Shown here piece by piece: positions 1 to 14,000 of a stretch of 64,000 bases of DNA. How positions within the stretch are numbered: position 1 is the stretch's first letter; every line of letters begins with the position of its first letter. The notes under the pieces were generated by a model that was given only the letters and a program-made list of their open reading frames with translations, was not told where the DNA came from and did not search any database. Origin of the DNA: Lytechinus pictus. Lineage: Eukaryota. Where the stretch lies: the NCBI RefSeq assembly GCF_037042905.1, contig NC_087251.1, positions 37,698,001 through 37,762,000 of the forward strand. The letters are read 5' to 3'. A program made the translations under genes and the position numbers.

Positions 1-2028
1 AGTCACCAACATTTAACACTGTCTGTTCAGCCATGTTAGAACAATTATTTAATTACTTATTTGTGTAATTCAAGCAATCAAATATAAAATATAATCAAAA
101 TCTTGGTTTCTATCTCAAAAATTTTGCAATATTAGTGGGGTTTTTTTCAAATTAATTTTTAAAATTCAATGTACAGTCGTTTGCAAGTTCAAGGGGCAAA
201 TTTCAAGCAAAGATTGATTAATAGCCGTCCTGGGGCTTGTAACACAAAGCTAAACAACAATCGTAGAACATTTTTGTACGATTGTTAAACTTTGTCTCTT
301 TATGGATGCTCATGTAATTTTTGGTGGGTTTTTTTTTTGGTTTAAAAAAAATGTTTTGGATATTACAAGGCTTTTTCTTTAACAGGTCGTTATACTATAA
401 AACAATGATATTCATGAGACATGGATGTATACTGTGTAGTAATGTCTACCCATTTGTGAACCCTTTGAAGCCAGATGTAGGTTGTTCCTGTCCCAGATTT
501 GAATAGTTCACCGATCCCTGGGCTTTCTCCCTATCCCTAGGAGTCTCGTAGCAATATCCTGTCTGGAAGTGAGAGGCTACAATCATTGATTTAGGTCCTC
601 ATTTCAATTAGTTGGTAGATACATGAACTAGTCTTTGTGAAGAAAATTATTGAATTCATGGGGCTGCTGGTTTTTGGAAATTATTTGTCTATTTTGCTGC
701 AAATTTATAATGATATTGATAAGACATAAATGACTCTTGGCTGTTGTCATTGACCATCAGTTCCTGAAAGATAGAATACAATATAATTTTTTTATTTAAC
801 ATACACACACCACAAAAGATAAAAAGTTGCTGGAGTGATATTGGTAATCAACAAAATTGTTTTGTATGCTTTTTAGGACTTAATCACATTTTAGTATGAA
901 CTTACGGTTGAACATCGGGTATTAAGTACATATATTCATTTCCATTTGAAGGCTGTGAGCGTGGATATCCTCTTGACTGGACTGGATGGCCCTCTTATTG
1001 GCCTTGGAGAATAATTGATGTGCCCTTTTATTTTCCATTATGCTGTAATTTAGAAATGATTAATTTCAGTATTTGTGTCTCCTGGAAAATTTGACAGTGT
1101 ACCTGAAATGTTAAGAATTTCTAATGAATTTAAAGATCAGTTTCTCTTCATTTAATATTTGATGAAATGGCAGTGTTAGTGCACTGTTGTTTGGTCCGAA
1201 CGTCTCTTCACCTTACACCATCCTGTCTACAGTACCTATCCTGCCACCATCCCTGGGAAAGCAGACCCTGGGATATGACCCAGGCATGCCACCCTACCAA
1301 CCACCTCCATTGTTTGTAAACAATAACCTGGTTTAGAGTGCCTACTGGTCTGAAAAGGGGAGCTTTATTTGCGTGGAATGTGAGTTTAGGTTGGTGCTCA
1401 AGACACAAATAGACCAAATGAACTTTGGATTAAACTTCTTTTAGAGGGGAGACAGAAATAGTGGATTATGCCTATTGTCTTACAAAAGCCGGTATGTGTA
1501 GTCATCTGCGAGCTACATTTATTCATGGATTACAAGAACTTCTCATATTGTGGTTGTGTGTCTATGCCTCTTCCATTGTCATACTGCTCTTGGATCTGAC
1601 CCTGACCCCCTTTATTATGCACACAACCAACTATAGATGGTTTGATGAATTAACAGGTCAAGGTTGATGATCTACATGTTTCTGACAAATAAGATGGATT
1701 CTGTCAGAAAAGTGAAATTTCAATAGTTGAGTGATGTATCACATATCATAACCAAATGGTGATTATTATTGAAAATACAGGTATACAATAATACATGAAT
1801 GAAAGCAAATAATCTGAATTTTAAGCCTTGAATAAATCCCTATTTTGGGTATTTCGGGGAAATAGTCGCAACACCGCGATATTTGTACAATACTGACAAT
1901 TTCTCTATGCAATTTGCTTTGTGCCTTATATTCATATCCAATGTTGTAAGCAATAGATGTATATCTATCCAATATTACTGTACACCATTTTATAGTGAAT
2001 ATGTATTTTTCAATTTGCTCTTTTACAG

Positions 2029-5000
2029 AACTGGTCATATGCTGACTCATCGCAGCAAGAAGCCTTATGAGTGTGCGGTGGATAACTGTGGCAAGTCATA
2101 CTGCGACATCCGTTCCCTTCGAAGGCATTTTGAGTCCCAGCACCCAGGACTTGTGATGGAAGACAACATGAACTACACTGGGGATGAGAAAGATCCAGAA
2201 CTGATGGCAGCAGAGGCAGCAGCGGTGCAAGCCAACCGCCACAGCCAGGTTATGATGAGGGGATCACCAGGGGCTGACTTTGCTCTAGGGCTGGGGAATC
2301 CCCAAGACTTGAATCAGTCCAGCTCCAGCCAGGACACCAATGACAGTCCTGGCTCTAGCTCCAGTGCAGCGCTGCAGTCCCTGGCCCTCGCTGCGCAGAG
2401 GGTCCAGAACACGCCAGACCCTCCCCCAAGTCAGGGCCAACTGTCCTCCCAAGACATGTCCACTTTATACCGTTTGGACTCCTACACCTCACAGATGTTC
2501 GGAGGTAACCTTCCTAGTATGTCACAATCTCTCCTCACTGGAGGAGTCAGTGGAAGCATGGCCACCTCGATTCCTGGAGGTGGGCCAAGAGAACTGTCTA
2601 TTCAAGTGCCCAACCCTAAGTTCCAGGGTTTGAGTCTCTCATCAGGAACAGTTGGACTAAGTGGCAATGGTATGCTGCCCCATCAGTCTCCTGGATCAAA
2701 CAGGTTTTCCAGTCAGTCCGGTCCTGATCTTGGTATAAGTCCGAAGAGTTCTTCGAACAAAAGACACACAACGTAAGTGAACTTCACTTGTTTGCTGGAA
2801 TATGAAATTACAATTGTTTTATATTCTAATTAAGCTTAACCTATCATAATTTTAAAGATATGTGTAGTTGTACTTATTCTAAGTGAGGTGGATTTCAATG
2901 GCAAAGTCCTGATGTTAACTTGGCTGTTTTAGAAATACTGTACAAGCACAAATTCCAGTCAGCTAGATTTCTAATACTGTTGCAAGAGCAAAAAATATAT
3001 CTTTGATCTAAAATATTTTTACTGCCCTTGCGTCTGCCCATAGCTTTTTGTTGTCTGCTTTTCATCAGCTGGTCACAAAATTATCCTTGACAGGACAGGT
3101 TGGTTAAATTTGAAGATTTTAGGGTGACAAAAAGCAAGCACACGATCAAGACTTTGATACTAACAATTAGAATAAAGATATAAAAATAGACAGTATATAT
3201 ATTTCCTTGCAAAACGTAGAATCATACATGAGTTTAAATTCGGACCTGTAGTAGACCTTATCAAAAATGAAAGTGACAGCTTTGGGGTAATTACTTTTGT
3301 TGCCCTTTATGGTAGCCACAAAGAATCTTAACAATGCGGTATGTTCAATCACTCATCCTCTCGTTCTTTACAAAGGCAAATTATTTCAAATACATTGCGT
3401 GGTGTGGTGACTTGCTGCAAGTTCCGACTGGAAAGGCTGTAGGGTGTAGTTGCATACAGTTTTGTTACTCTGATGTTTGTGTCTTATTCTTTTATATTGC
3501 AGACATGAGAAAGAAAGAGTAACAGTGAATTGCACAGTGTGTAAAAGAACTTTCAAAAGTATGCCAGCCTTAAATGGACATATGAGGCTCCACGGAGGTT
3601 ATAACAATGCTCGAGCAGATGTAACGCCGAAGGTCTCGCCTTCCAAGCCAGAAGAAAAACCCCCACTGCCAACTGCAGCGAGTCTCAGCCAGCCCAGGCC
3701 TCTGGCTCATCCATCTAACGTGAATCCTCCCATGAACATGCATACCCAGCTTCCTCAAGTACAGAGTTCACAGGCAATGGGACAACATAGACCCTTAAGA
3801 ATGGTTGGACAATCTGTTACCCCTCCTACGACAATGCACCTGTCCTCCGTGTACACGAATACTACTACCTCACATGTGCCTTCATGGCCTGAGTACAGGC
3901 ATCCACGACCGCACACGGTCATGAGCGGCGGCAAACCGTCATACCTGCCGAATCTCTCGTTGAACATGTTGCAGGATGAACTGACGACGCTGGCCCACAC
4001 TGCTGTAGGGTTGGCAGCGCAGTCGCAACCCTTGCAGAAGCCTCCAGTACAGATGTCCCAGCCTCATCATCAACCACCTCAGCACCATCCTTTACATCAC
4101 ACAACGCCCCTTCCGACTGATCGCATCCAACCTGTCCATCCATTCAATTCCAGAATGCCTATCGGTAGCAAACCTTTACAAATGTATAATAATCAGGTCA
4201 ATCAAATTATTCCGAAAGAAGAACCCATGCCATACCCTCCAACCACCTCTATGGGGTCTCCAAGCCCTCCCAAGCTGGAATCAATGTTAAAACTTGCTCA
4301 AGAACAACAAATCAGATCAAATGAAATGCCGCAAATTGGGCATGCAATCCCACCCATCCTGGACTCCAAAGATGAAAGTCGATTGAAAGAGAATGTTTTC
4401 CGAGATCCACCTCCAGTTTTACCTACTGCGACAAAAAGGAAGCAACGCCCCCCATCACTGTTCATCCCGTCTTGGGCAAGCAATATGACCCCTGGAGGAA
4501 ACGCACCCAGCACCTACCCTAGCCAGATGAGGTCTCCCAGGGAGATCGGTGTCCTTTACCGAAGCAACAGTAGCTCAACCCCACCACCCTACACACCCCC
4601 TCCTATGCTTAGTCCAATTAGAAGTGGCTCTGGATTGTACTTCAGTGTTGGAAGTGGTAGTATGCCTCCCTCTGCCGCAGTCACAGTAGCGGTGGCGGTC
4701 ACACCAAAGTCTGCTTTCCCTCCCAGTACTCCAAGTATGCTTCAGATGCACAGGAGAGGTAAGGAAGACCTAAACTTTTCATGAAACAAATGGGGATTTT
4801 CACTAACTACTGTTTTAAGCTGCTGCAAATCCTTGCATCTGATTGGCTGAAAACAAATTAGTTAGTGAAAATCACCTACAAAACTTTACATAAATGTTCC
4901 CATCTATACATATTGAAAATGATATTGGTGAAGATTTAGATAAAGTGATGAAATCTCGTGCATTGCAAAAAAAAAATTTCATTATATTTTTGTAAAGACT

Positions 5001-8000
5001 GATAAAATATACAGGAATATATAACAGAATCTTCTTACATCCAATTTTGACCTTATATGAATTATAGATTATTGAATTTATTTCCACATTGAAATGTCAA
5101 AATTATCACATCTAAATTTAATGTCAACATTACTGTTTCTCAATTTTGCATGTGCAATATTAGATAGTTCATGGTTGCTGTCACTGAAGACAAAAGAACT
5201 AAATCCAATATTGTACAAACACAAATTAGATAATTACCTATGATGGTTAAAAGTTTATTGCCCTTCCATGACCTCCACCGACATACTCATAATTGACCTC
5301 ATTCAACCAATCCTTTCTTTTTTGTTTTGTTGTGTTCCCACCACCACAGGAAGCATTAGCTCAAGCACGGAGGAATCTGATTTTGTCTTCCCATCTGAAC
5401 CGTAAGTAAAACACCATGCTTTGTTTTATGATCTATACATCTATGAAGTCATAATGCATGTGTATTGTTTTAAAAAGAAAAAATTTGCTTGTTGCCTATT
5501 CACCTGGGATGTAATAGATGCACATTTTTAATACTTCGGCAACTAATATTTGCCATAATTATTTTCTCAGAGATATACATTTAAAAAAAAGAAATAATGT
5601 AATAATATTAATAGGGGAAGGCGGGGTAAGTTGTGACACTTTTTGCATTTTGCATGATAGAATTGATATGACTAATAATATTGTAGAAATAAGTACCTTG
5701 CCTTTAAATATGATTCTTGGGAAATCTTTTTCACCTATATACAACTTTCTACCCCCACACTGAAAGTCGTTGTGACCTTTGAAAAAAACGATGTCAAGTG
5801 GCACAACTTGCCCCATCTATGGGGTAAGTTGTGCCACCTTCGAGGGTAAGTTGAGCCACAAAAACTATGTACAAAATCTATGCGGGAAGAACCAGCATGT
5901 CAATTTTTTATTTAAAGTCTTTTCACTTGCTAATTCTCTAAAAATACCAACATTCTCTAAAAGTAAAAGAACTGTCATGTGAATTTGCTCTTTTCTGCCT
6001 GCATATCGATGGCTTTTTAAAGTTTGATTGTGTTTTTATTTACATTACCATAAGAATTACCATGGCTCAACTTGCCCCATGTTTGCTGGCTCAACTTACC
6101 CCAGTCCGAACTTAATGCGATAATTTCGCATCCACACATTTCTTATGTATCCATCATGTAAAAGACTGTGACAAGAATGAAGATCCATACCTGGACTGAC
6201 AATGTTGTTCTTATGCTTTATTATATGTAAAGAAGTGTGTGTGTAAAAAACACTTATCTATTTCACACCCTTTTTTACTTTTTTGGCTGAAATTTGTATT
6301 TTTCCCTCTAAAAATATACTTTTTGTTTCAAAGTTGAAAACAATGTGGTGGGGTTAATGGTTATGTAATGGGTCATCAATACATGACACCACCATAATGT
6401 CTGACTCATTCATTATTGGCCTGGGGGCGGTGGCTCAACTTGCCCCTATGCTCAACTTACCCCGCCTTCCCCTACATATGAATAATACATTATAGTACTA
6501 CATGTGCATATGAATTTTGGAGCATTGATTTCCAGTATTTACTTTGTTCAGTAATTTTTTAGTTTTGACTTGCCACTCGTTATTTATTACCAAATGCCCC
6601 CTAAAAATCAGATTACTTATATTTTCTGGTAGGAAGCAAGTAAGAAACATGTGATTTAGAGTATGAAAGAATGGCTTTTCCCCCCTTATCCAGGGTAGCT
6701 GCCAAAGAAGGAAATAGAAGAGAGGGGTAATAGAACAAGAGAGGGGGAGACAGTATGCAAGAAATGGGGCGGGGGGGGGGGGCAGAGTGAAATGTGAGAA
6801 CAGATCTAAGGACTTGAGCAGACACTCATTGTTCTTGAATTGTTATCTTTGGATAAATCTTCCTCATTGCAGCTTCCTTGTTAAATTCCGCCCACACGCC
6901 TCCTCGTAAGATGCTTTTCCAATTAACATCCCACGCACGTATCAAACCCAAGGCAGCCATTTGGTGTATATCTTGAGAGAAAAATCATTACCGTTTCACA
7001 ATCCTTTCCTTTCATCTGAGCATTGGTTGCGACCCCAATGTTTCATATTGAAGTGAAATGTATAATTCATTTTGTAACAGTATGTTTATACAAGCATTGG
7101 CCAAATTTTTTAGTACTTTTATATGCTGTATGTCACGAGTTGGGATTTATATATATTTATATATTTTAATCCATATTTTTAGATGTGCATTGAGATGAAG
7201 CTTTTGCTTTAAAAAAAATCATAGAATGTAAAAAATTATTTAAAGATCATATTGATATATTGCTCTTATGGGGTTTTTCAAGGCAGTTGTGATGAGATCT
7301 TTTAGTAAATAAATTTGAAATTGCAAGTCACCCTATCCATTTTATCTAGGATGAACTCAATGCATTAAAATTAAAGATCTTTCCTTTCCTTCCAAAATCG
7401 CATGGTTTATTGATAGATGTTTCATGTGTGTGATAGTGCTACCGGATAAAACCAGGGGCTTGTCTTACAAAGAATAGCGATAGATTCTAATCAAACTAAG
7501 ATTGATGTCAAATTGTGTACTTGATTTCAATCTATTATTTGATTTCAATCTATCTTGCCTCTTAGTTAGACCAGGGGGTGTTTCACAAAGATTTAAGTGT
7601 GACTTAAAATTGCACTTAGATTTCAGTGGCGTGTGGTCTATAAAGACATCACACTTCACAGAATAGGTCAGATCGTGTGCCGCGCACTACCACGTATCCA
7701 TCAATCAGACTATTTGTTAAATATCATGTGCACATTGGTGTTTGAGCATGACTGTAACTCACACTTAATTCTTTGTGAAACACCCCCTGGCCCAGAAGCA
7801 CATATAAAGGTGATTAATCAGTGGGGTGGCAGGTTGATTGCCATGTTATAAACCCTTCACAGGCAGGGAAGTGGCCGAGGAGGAAGGAATTGCGTCACTG
7901 GGAGTCTACTTCCTCCCGATTGTATTATTCAGGGAGAAGTCAGGGTCATACACGAGATCAATCCTTTCCTGCTTGAGGCCCTTTCTGTGACCAGTAGGTT

Positions 8001-11000
8001 TAATAGAATGCTTCCTGATTTACCTACTAGGTAAAACACTTGTGTATTGCTAAACGGTGATGTGTCAAAACGTCATTGCCGGGATGGGAGTGAGCCAAAT
8101 AAACCCCCTTCTTACGCAATAAAAGACCCAGGCTCTGTGAAATAAAGTTTAGCAATTGGTTGTAGGGGTGATTTCTGCGATTGATTGCATTGATTTATCT
8201 TGTATTATAAATTGTACTTGTAAATTGAAAAAACTCAGCCTTATAATTAATCACTAGGCTTTGTTACTAGGCCTAGTTGGGTTCTTTCCATGTGTTGCAC
8301 AAGATTGGCATTGCAAGGGTATGTACTCACAGTCACAAATCTCAGGAAATGTGGTTTGACTTCTTAAGACAAGGAAATAGACACAAGAGGATGTTTTTAT
8401 TAGAAAGTATCTGAGAAATTTGTCATAAATTAATATGAAACGTAGGCCCAAGTTTTTTTTCCCTATGTGTATTGCACAATAGTGCTTAAATTGGCAAATA
8501 TTGTTGGGAAAATTTGGGATTGGTGATTGTGTTTTTTATTTTTTTTTTTGGGGGGGGGTAGGACAGCTTGTGGTGATGGCTTGTGAGAGCCTATTGAAAT
8601 AAAAATAATTTTACTGTATTCTATTATCCTCATCCACCATGAAGAGTGCAGTAAAAACAAAAAAGAGGTAAATTTCTAACTGGTAAAGAGAGTAATTGTG
8701 GCCATATATTGAATGCACAGCAGTATTTTTTTTTTTGTTAATATGAATCCTTGTGTTACGTTGCATTCATGTAGGAACTTGACTTGTTTATTCTACCAGA
8801 GATGGAAAAATATGAAGGTCATGTACACAAAGATTAGAGTTATTGTCATAATCTGTGTATTATTGATGATTTAGTAAACCAACAAATGATTGCTTACAAG
8901 CTTGTAAAATATTGCTGCAAGTCCCTTCTCGCTTACATGTACTGTTTCAGCTGTTTGCTTTAATTTCAACCTTTGTACCATTACCTAGAATTTAGGAATT
9001 TCTTTATCAGGGGACAGAGTTTGCATGCTTTTTTTTTCATTTAAAATATTATGAACAGTATAGTTGTGTTTTTTTTTAAGGGGTAAAAAATGATTTTGGA
9101 TAGGATAGGATATTGATTGACATGTGCTTTGTATTCATTGTGACTTTCAATCTTTTGCAATCTATATTGTTTATTAATATATTTAAATCTGAACTTTGAT
9201 AAAACAGGCATATGTCCCATGAAAGTAAATCCATGGACATGTGACATTGTATTCCAGAGAGGCCTTTATAGGAATACACTTAAAATATAAATAGAATTCA
9301 TTTTGACCTTGCTGCCATGGAAATATCAAGTACAGTAAGCCACTTGAGTCAAAATGCAACTGGACACAATACAGTATTTTTTTTTTGACTGTTGACAAGG
9401 TCAAGACGGCTTTCAGGGGTGTACTATTCATATTTGACTTGAAACTTTGTGTTTTTGAGCAAGTTTGCTCATTTCCTCTATTTGTATAATGTAGGCCCCT
9501 AGTTTTTTAAATACATTTCAATCATTTGTTGCATTGGCCGATGAAAATTATATTCTTTTCATGTTTATTTTCCTTACATGATTTTTTTTATTATTGATTA
9601 CTCCATGAACTATGTGGATTAAATATTTTCTTTGCTCATTATTTTTTAGACACATCAATGTGGGTGGTGATTATCAAGCGGCAGTTCCTGAGCTTGGTAA
9701 GTTTGATTTAAAGCTATTATGTATTGAAATATTACACGAGCTGTGATACAAAGCCTATAAGTTGATTGTAGAACTGATTAATGTGACTGTTGCATTGATC
9801 GCTATGGTTAATCAATCATACAAATCAACTGTATATAATTGCCAAGCTTTGTGTAACAGGTCCTGGGACCTGTAACACAAACGTTAGCAGTAAATCAAAT
9901 GCTCGATTTTTTACGATTGATTGTAAATTGTAATCAATGCAATCGTAGAAATTGTCAATGTTCAACGATCATTGCTAAGCTTTGTGTTACAGGCCCCTGG
10001 TTGTAGGAGTGCTTTCTTTCAATGTTGATTTCGACATGTTGATTAGGCATTCCGATGTGTGTACAGACAAACTTGCATAAGTTAACCTTGTATGTTAAGA
10101 TATGATTGAAGAAAACACAATTATTTGTGATTTAGGAAGCTTGTAATTGGATTGACCCCCCTTCCCCCCCAAAAAAAAAAAACCCTGGCATGATTGGGGC
10201 AAAGAAATCTGGAGTCATTAAACCTTGACCTTGGTTCATTTACATTATTATCTGCTATGAGCAGAGTGATACATTACTTTATTTAATGTTTGTTTAAGTG
10301 TTATCTTTGCGAACATTTATGTTAATTCAGCTCTATATTTTATGATCAAAGCAAGCATGATAAAAGGGTAGCTGTGAGATAGGAGAGGCCTGGTAAGAAA
10401 TGCCTGGTATTTAAAGGACAAGTCCACCCCAACAAAAAGTTGATTCGAATAAAAAGAGAAAAATCCAACAAGCATAACACTGAAAATTTCATCAAAATCG
10501 GCTGTGAAATAAGAAAGTTATGACATTTTAAAGTTTCGCTTTATTTCACAAATCAGTTATATGCACATCCTGGTCGGTATGCAAATGAGGGGACTGATGA
10601 CATCATCCACTCACTATTTCCTTTGTATTTTATTATATGAAGTATTCTAATTTTCTCATTGTCAAGTCAAAGAACAATGATTCCTCCTGAACATGTGAAA
10701 TTAGCATTGTTTAATACTATATGGTTCAGTCAAGTTGGTCCTTCGTGTTAAATCTGTAAAAAATGAAATAATGTGTAATTCAAACAATAAAAAACAAAAG
10801 AAATAGTGAGTGATGGACATCATGGACTGACTCATTTCCATGTCACTGAGTTGTGCATATCACTGTTTTGTGAAAAATAAGCGAAACTTAAAAATGTCAT
10901 AACTTTCTTATTTTACATCAGATTTTGATGAAATTCTCAGCAATATGCAGGTTTGATTTTTCTCTATTTATTCAAATCAAAATTTTCCTGGGTTGGACTT

Positions 11001-14000
11001 GACCTTTAACAAAATGTCAATCCACAGATAAGTTGGTCCCTGGTGAGGGATTTTGCATAAGAATACCTTGATTGGGGTCTTCTTTTACTCCTTCAAAATA
11101 TTGAGGATGTGATTGTTTTGTTTTTATTGTGCTTGCAGTAAAGAACAAAGAGGAATTGGAGGCACCGGACTGGAGAGAAGGAAAGCTTGTTTGGGATCCA
11201 GCGATTGAACAAAAATACTCAGAAGTAGAGTGTAAGTAGAACATGAATTTAAAGCCATATGTGAAAGGATCACGCCCACTCATGATGAATGACCATGCCC
11301 TGGATGAGGAACTACATTGGCTTGATTTTTGATGCAATTATTCAAAATGCTATCTAGGATTCTAATGTAAGCAGTGAGCAAATGAAATAACTCTTGAAGT
11401 ATGTCTTAGCTTTTCTCAAGAAATACTCTTTCATCTTTCTCTTCCTCTTGACACCTACTTCATGATGTGATTTTTTTTTCAGTTATTTTCTGTAACTATT
11501 TTTTTATAATTGGAATCTGGCTATGTTTATAAAGTGCAGCAACTCAAGCAATTTTTTTCCATCAGATTCTAAAATTGTATCATGTCACTATCAATTTTAT
11601 CGCATTCTGGAGTATTTGAATTTTATTTAGTTTCTAAAAATCAAATGACTCACAAGTAAATAGGAATCGTTGAAAAATATCGAAAAGGGTCACAGTGTAT
11701 AAGGAAGTAATGAAAGAAAAAGACAACACCTACATATAATGTGCAAAAATAGAAAAACAAACATAACTTGCATGACTCTTAAATAACCTGTTAAGTTTAT
11801 AGCTAATTTGGAAAAAAAGGAATAATTTCTGAATCTGTAATATCACCCCTCTCATGAAGATACAAGGGGGGTGACTGCAATCTCTTGATTGCTGCAACAA
11901 TTGTTGTGATGACAAGATAATTCTGTGTAGTCACTACTGGATTTTGAAAGGGAAATACCCAAGGTCGATGATGGTAGGAAGCGTGACATGGCCTGGCAAT
12001 GAACTTGCTGTGTAAACTTACCTGGCCCACCTAGTCATACAGACAAGCTTGTGGCATGTCATACATGTATATACTGTAACCTTTGTGCAGATTTCACTGT
12101 AGAGAGCCCCCCCCCCCCCCCCCCCCATTCATCCATTGAGGACAAGGAGTGTATTTTGGGATAGGGTGATTCATAGATTTTTTAAAACAGGGATTGTGGA
12201 TTGGTTTCTGAGTTATCAAGTGTGTTTAATCCTCACATTTTACAATGTATATATCTACTCATGTGATTCTTAATTAATAAATAGATTTAAAGAAATACTA
12301 TTTTGAACAAGAAGTGTATTAAAACTCAACACTTTAACAAGCATTTTATAACCTGACCTTCACATAAATATTGGATATCATATGGAGTGTAACAAACAAG
12401 AACACTTCTTTGTTCTTTGAAAAAGGATTATGAAGAATTTTTGACCATCTTGGGAGCGTTTCATGTAGAGTTTGTCAGTGATTTTCATTGACCTACTTGC
12501 TCTTAGCCAGTCATATGCAAGGATTTGCAGTAGCTTATAACATCTTTCAGTGATTATCACTGACAAAACTTTTTATGAAACATTCCTGAGTTATCAAGAA
12601 ATGAAAACGAAAGAAAATTACAAGGATCTTCAGTTAAGCAAAGGCTGAATTGTATGCAATGTCTTGTTTTCATGAAAGTGTCCTTTGAAATAGTGACATC
12701 CCATGTTTGCTCTACAAACACAGACTGATCAAGCATTGCATTGAAAAACATGTTACTGCTACTTGAATAATAAGTGATATCACCCATGCAGTCTGAACAG
12801 GAACTCGATGGCAAGAAAGGTTGCCGAACCTTTGAAAAGAAATCAAGTGGGTTTCAGACCCCAACAAATGCATGTAATTTCCTTCTTATCAAACCTACAA
12901 TGGGTACATTATGTCTTGTGTTTTGCAGTGACAGATTTCCTGAAGTTAGCCACCACACCGGCCCTAACTGCAGGGGCGAGAAACATCGAGTATGCCCATC
13001 ATTGCCTCTACAGAGCCGATGGAGACATTGAGGTAAGAAACACTGCATTTGTCTTCGCTCTCTTTGTGTAAGGCAGTTGGCAGCAGGCCAGATCAGGTGC
13101 CTAGTCATGTGACCTTACACCTCCCGGATTCTTGGATTGTGATGTAACAATGCAGCAGAGTTTGTTTAGTATATTGCAAATTTCATGATCCACAAAAAGT
13201 ATATTGGGGTGAGACTTTTACCTTGATGAAATGTCAGACAACTGATTACTTTGTCTTTGCTGAGAAGATACTAAATTTTAAAAAATCGATGCTGATATTC
13301 AGAACTGTGAATTTGCTTGCTAATTCCAAGACTTGAAATTGAAATCAGCACATTGATTATTTGATGCAGGGATTAAAATTTTGTTATTTATGTGAGATGA
13401 ATTGTTCAGCATGTTAAAACTCTTTTTTTTTTTGTAGGAGGGTATGTGTTCCCTTTCTAGGTTGGTATATTGGGTTCCCATTTTGTACTGTTGTAATATT
13501 AATTATTCATTATGTTTATATCATTAAAGGTATTGTTCAACTTTGTGAGCAGCCGATTTAAAAAATTCTCAAACCAAGATGAAACATGTGTACAAGTGCA
13601 TGTATTAGAACTAATAAACCCTGAAAACAACCATTATTGAGAATGAAAAGCTAAAACTACAAGGCAAACCCCGGTTTTGGAAATAGGCGTCTTATAGACG
13701 CCTGAATAGTACACATAAGTGTATGGGATGAAATTAAGATGGTGTTTTCGGTCACTTTATATTTCAATTTTTGAAGCACTAAATAATTATTTTCGAACGC
13801 AATTTTTTCTGGGCTTCATTTTTGTAACATATCACAGACACAGGTGACAAGTGCGACCTTCTAGCTCAAAGTCAAACCAATGTTAACCAATCACTTTAAA
13901 CTTTTCTCCTTTTTTTTCAGCTGGCATTACTGATGATATTGAATGGAAACCCAATGGTCGCTGATGAGTTTCTACACATGGCTGACTATAAATATGACTG

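Noticed and set aside
1883..4784. ORFs 1883-2776 and 3477-4784 as separate genes
   Set aside because: They are exons of one gene; their N-termini are intron read-through upstream of the acceptors at 2028 and 3502.
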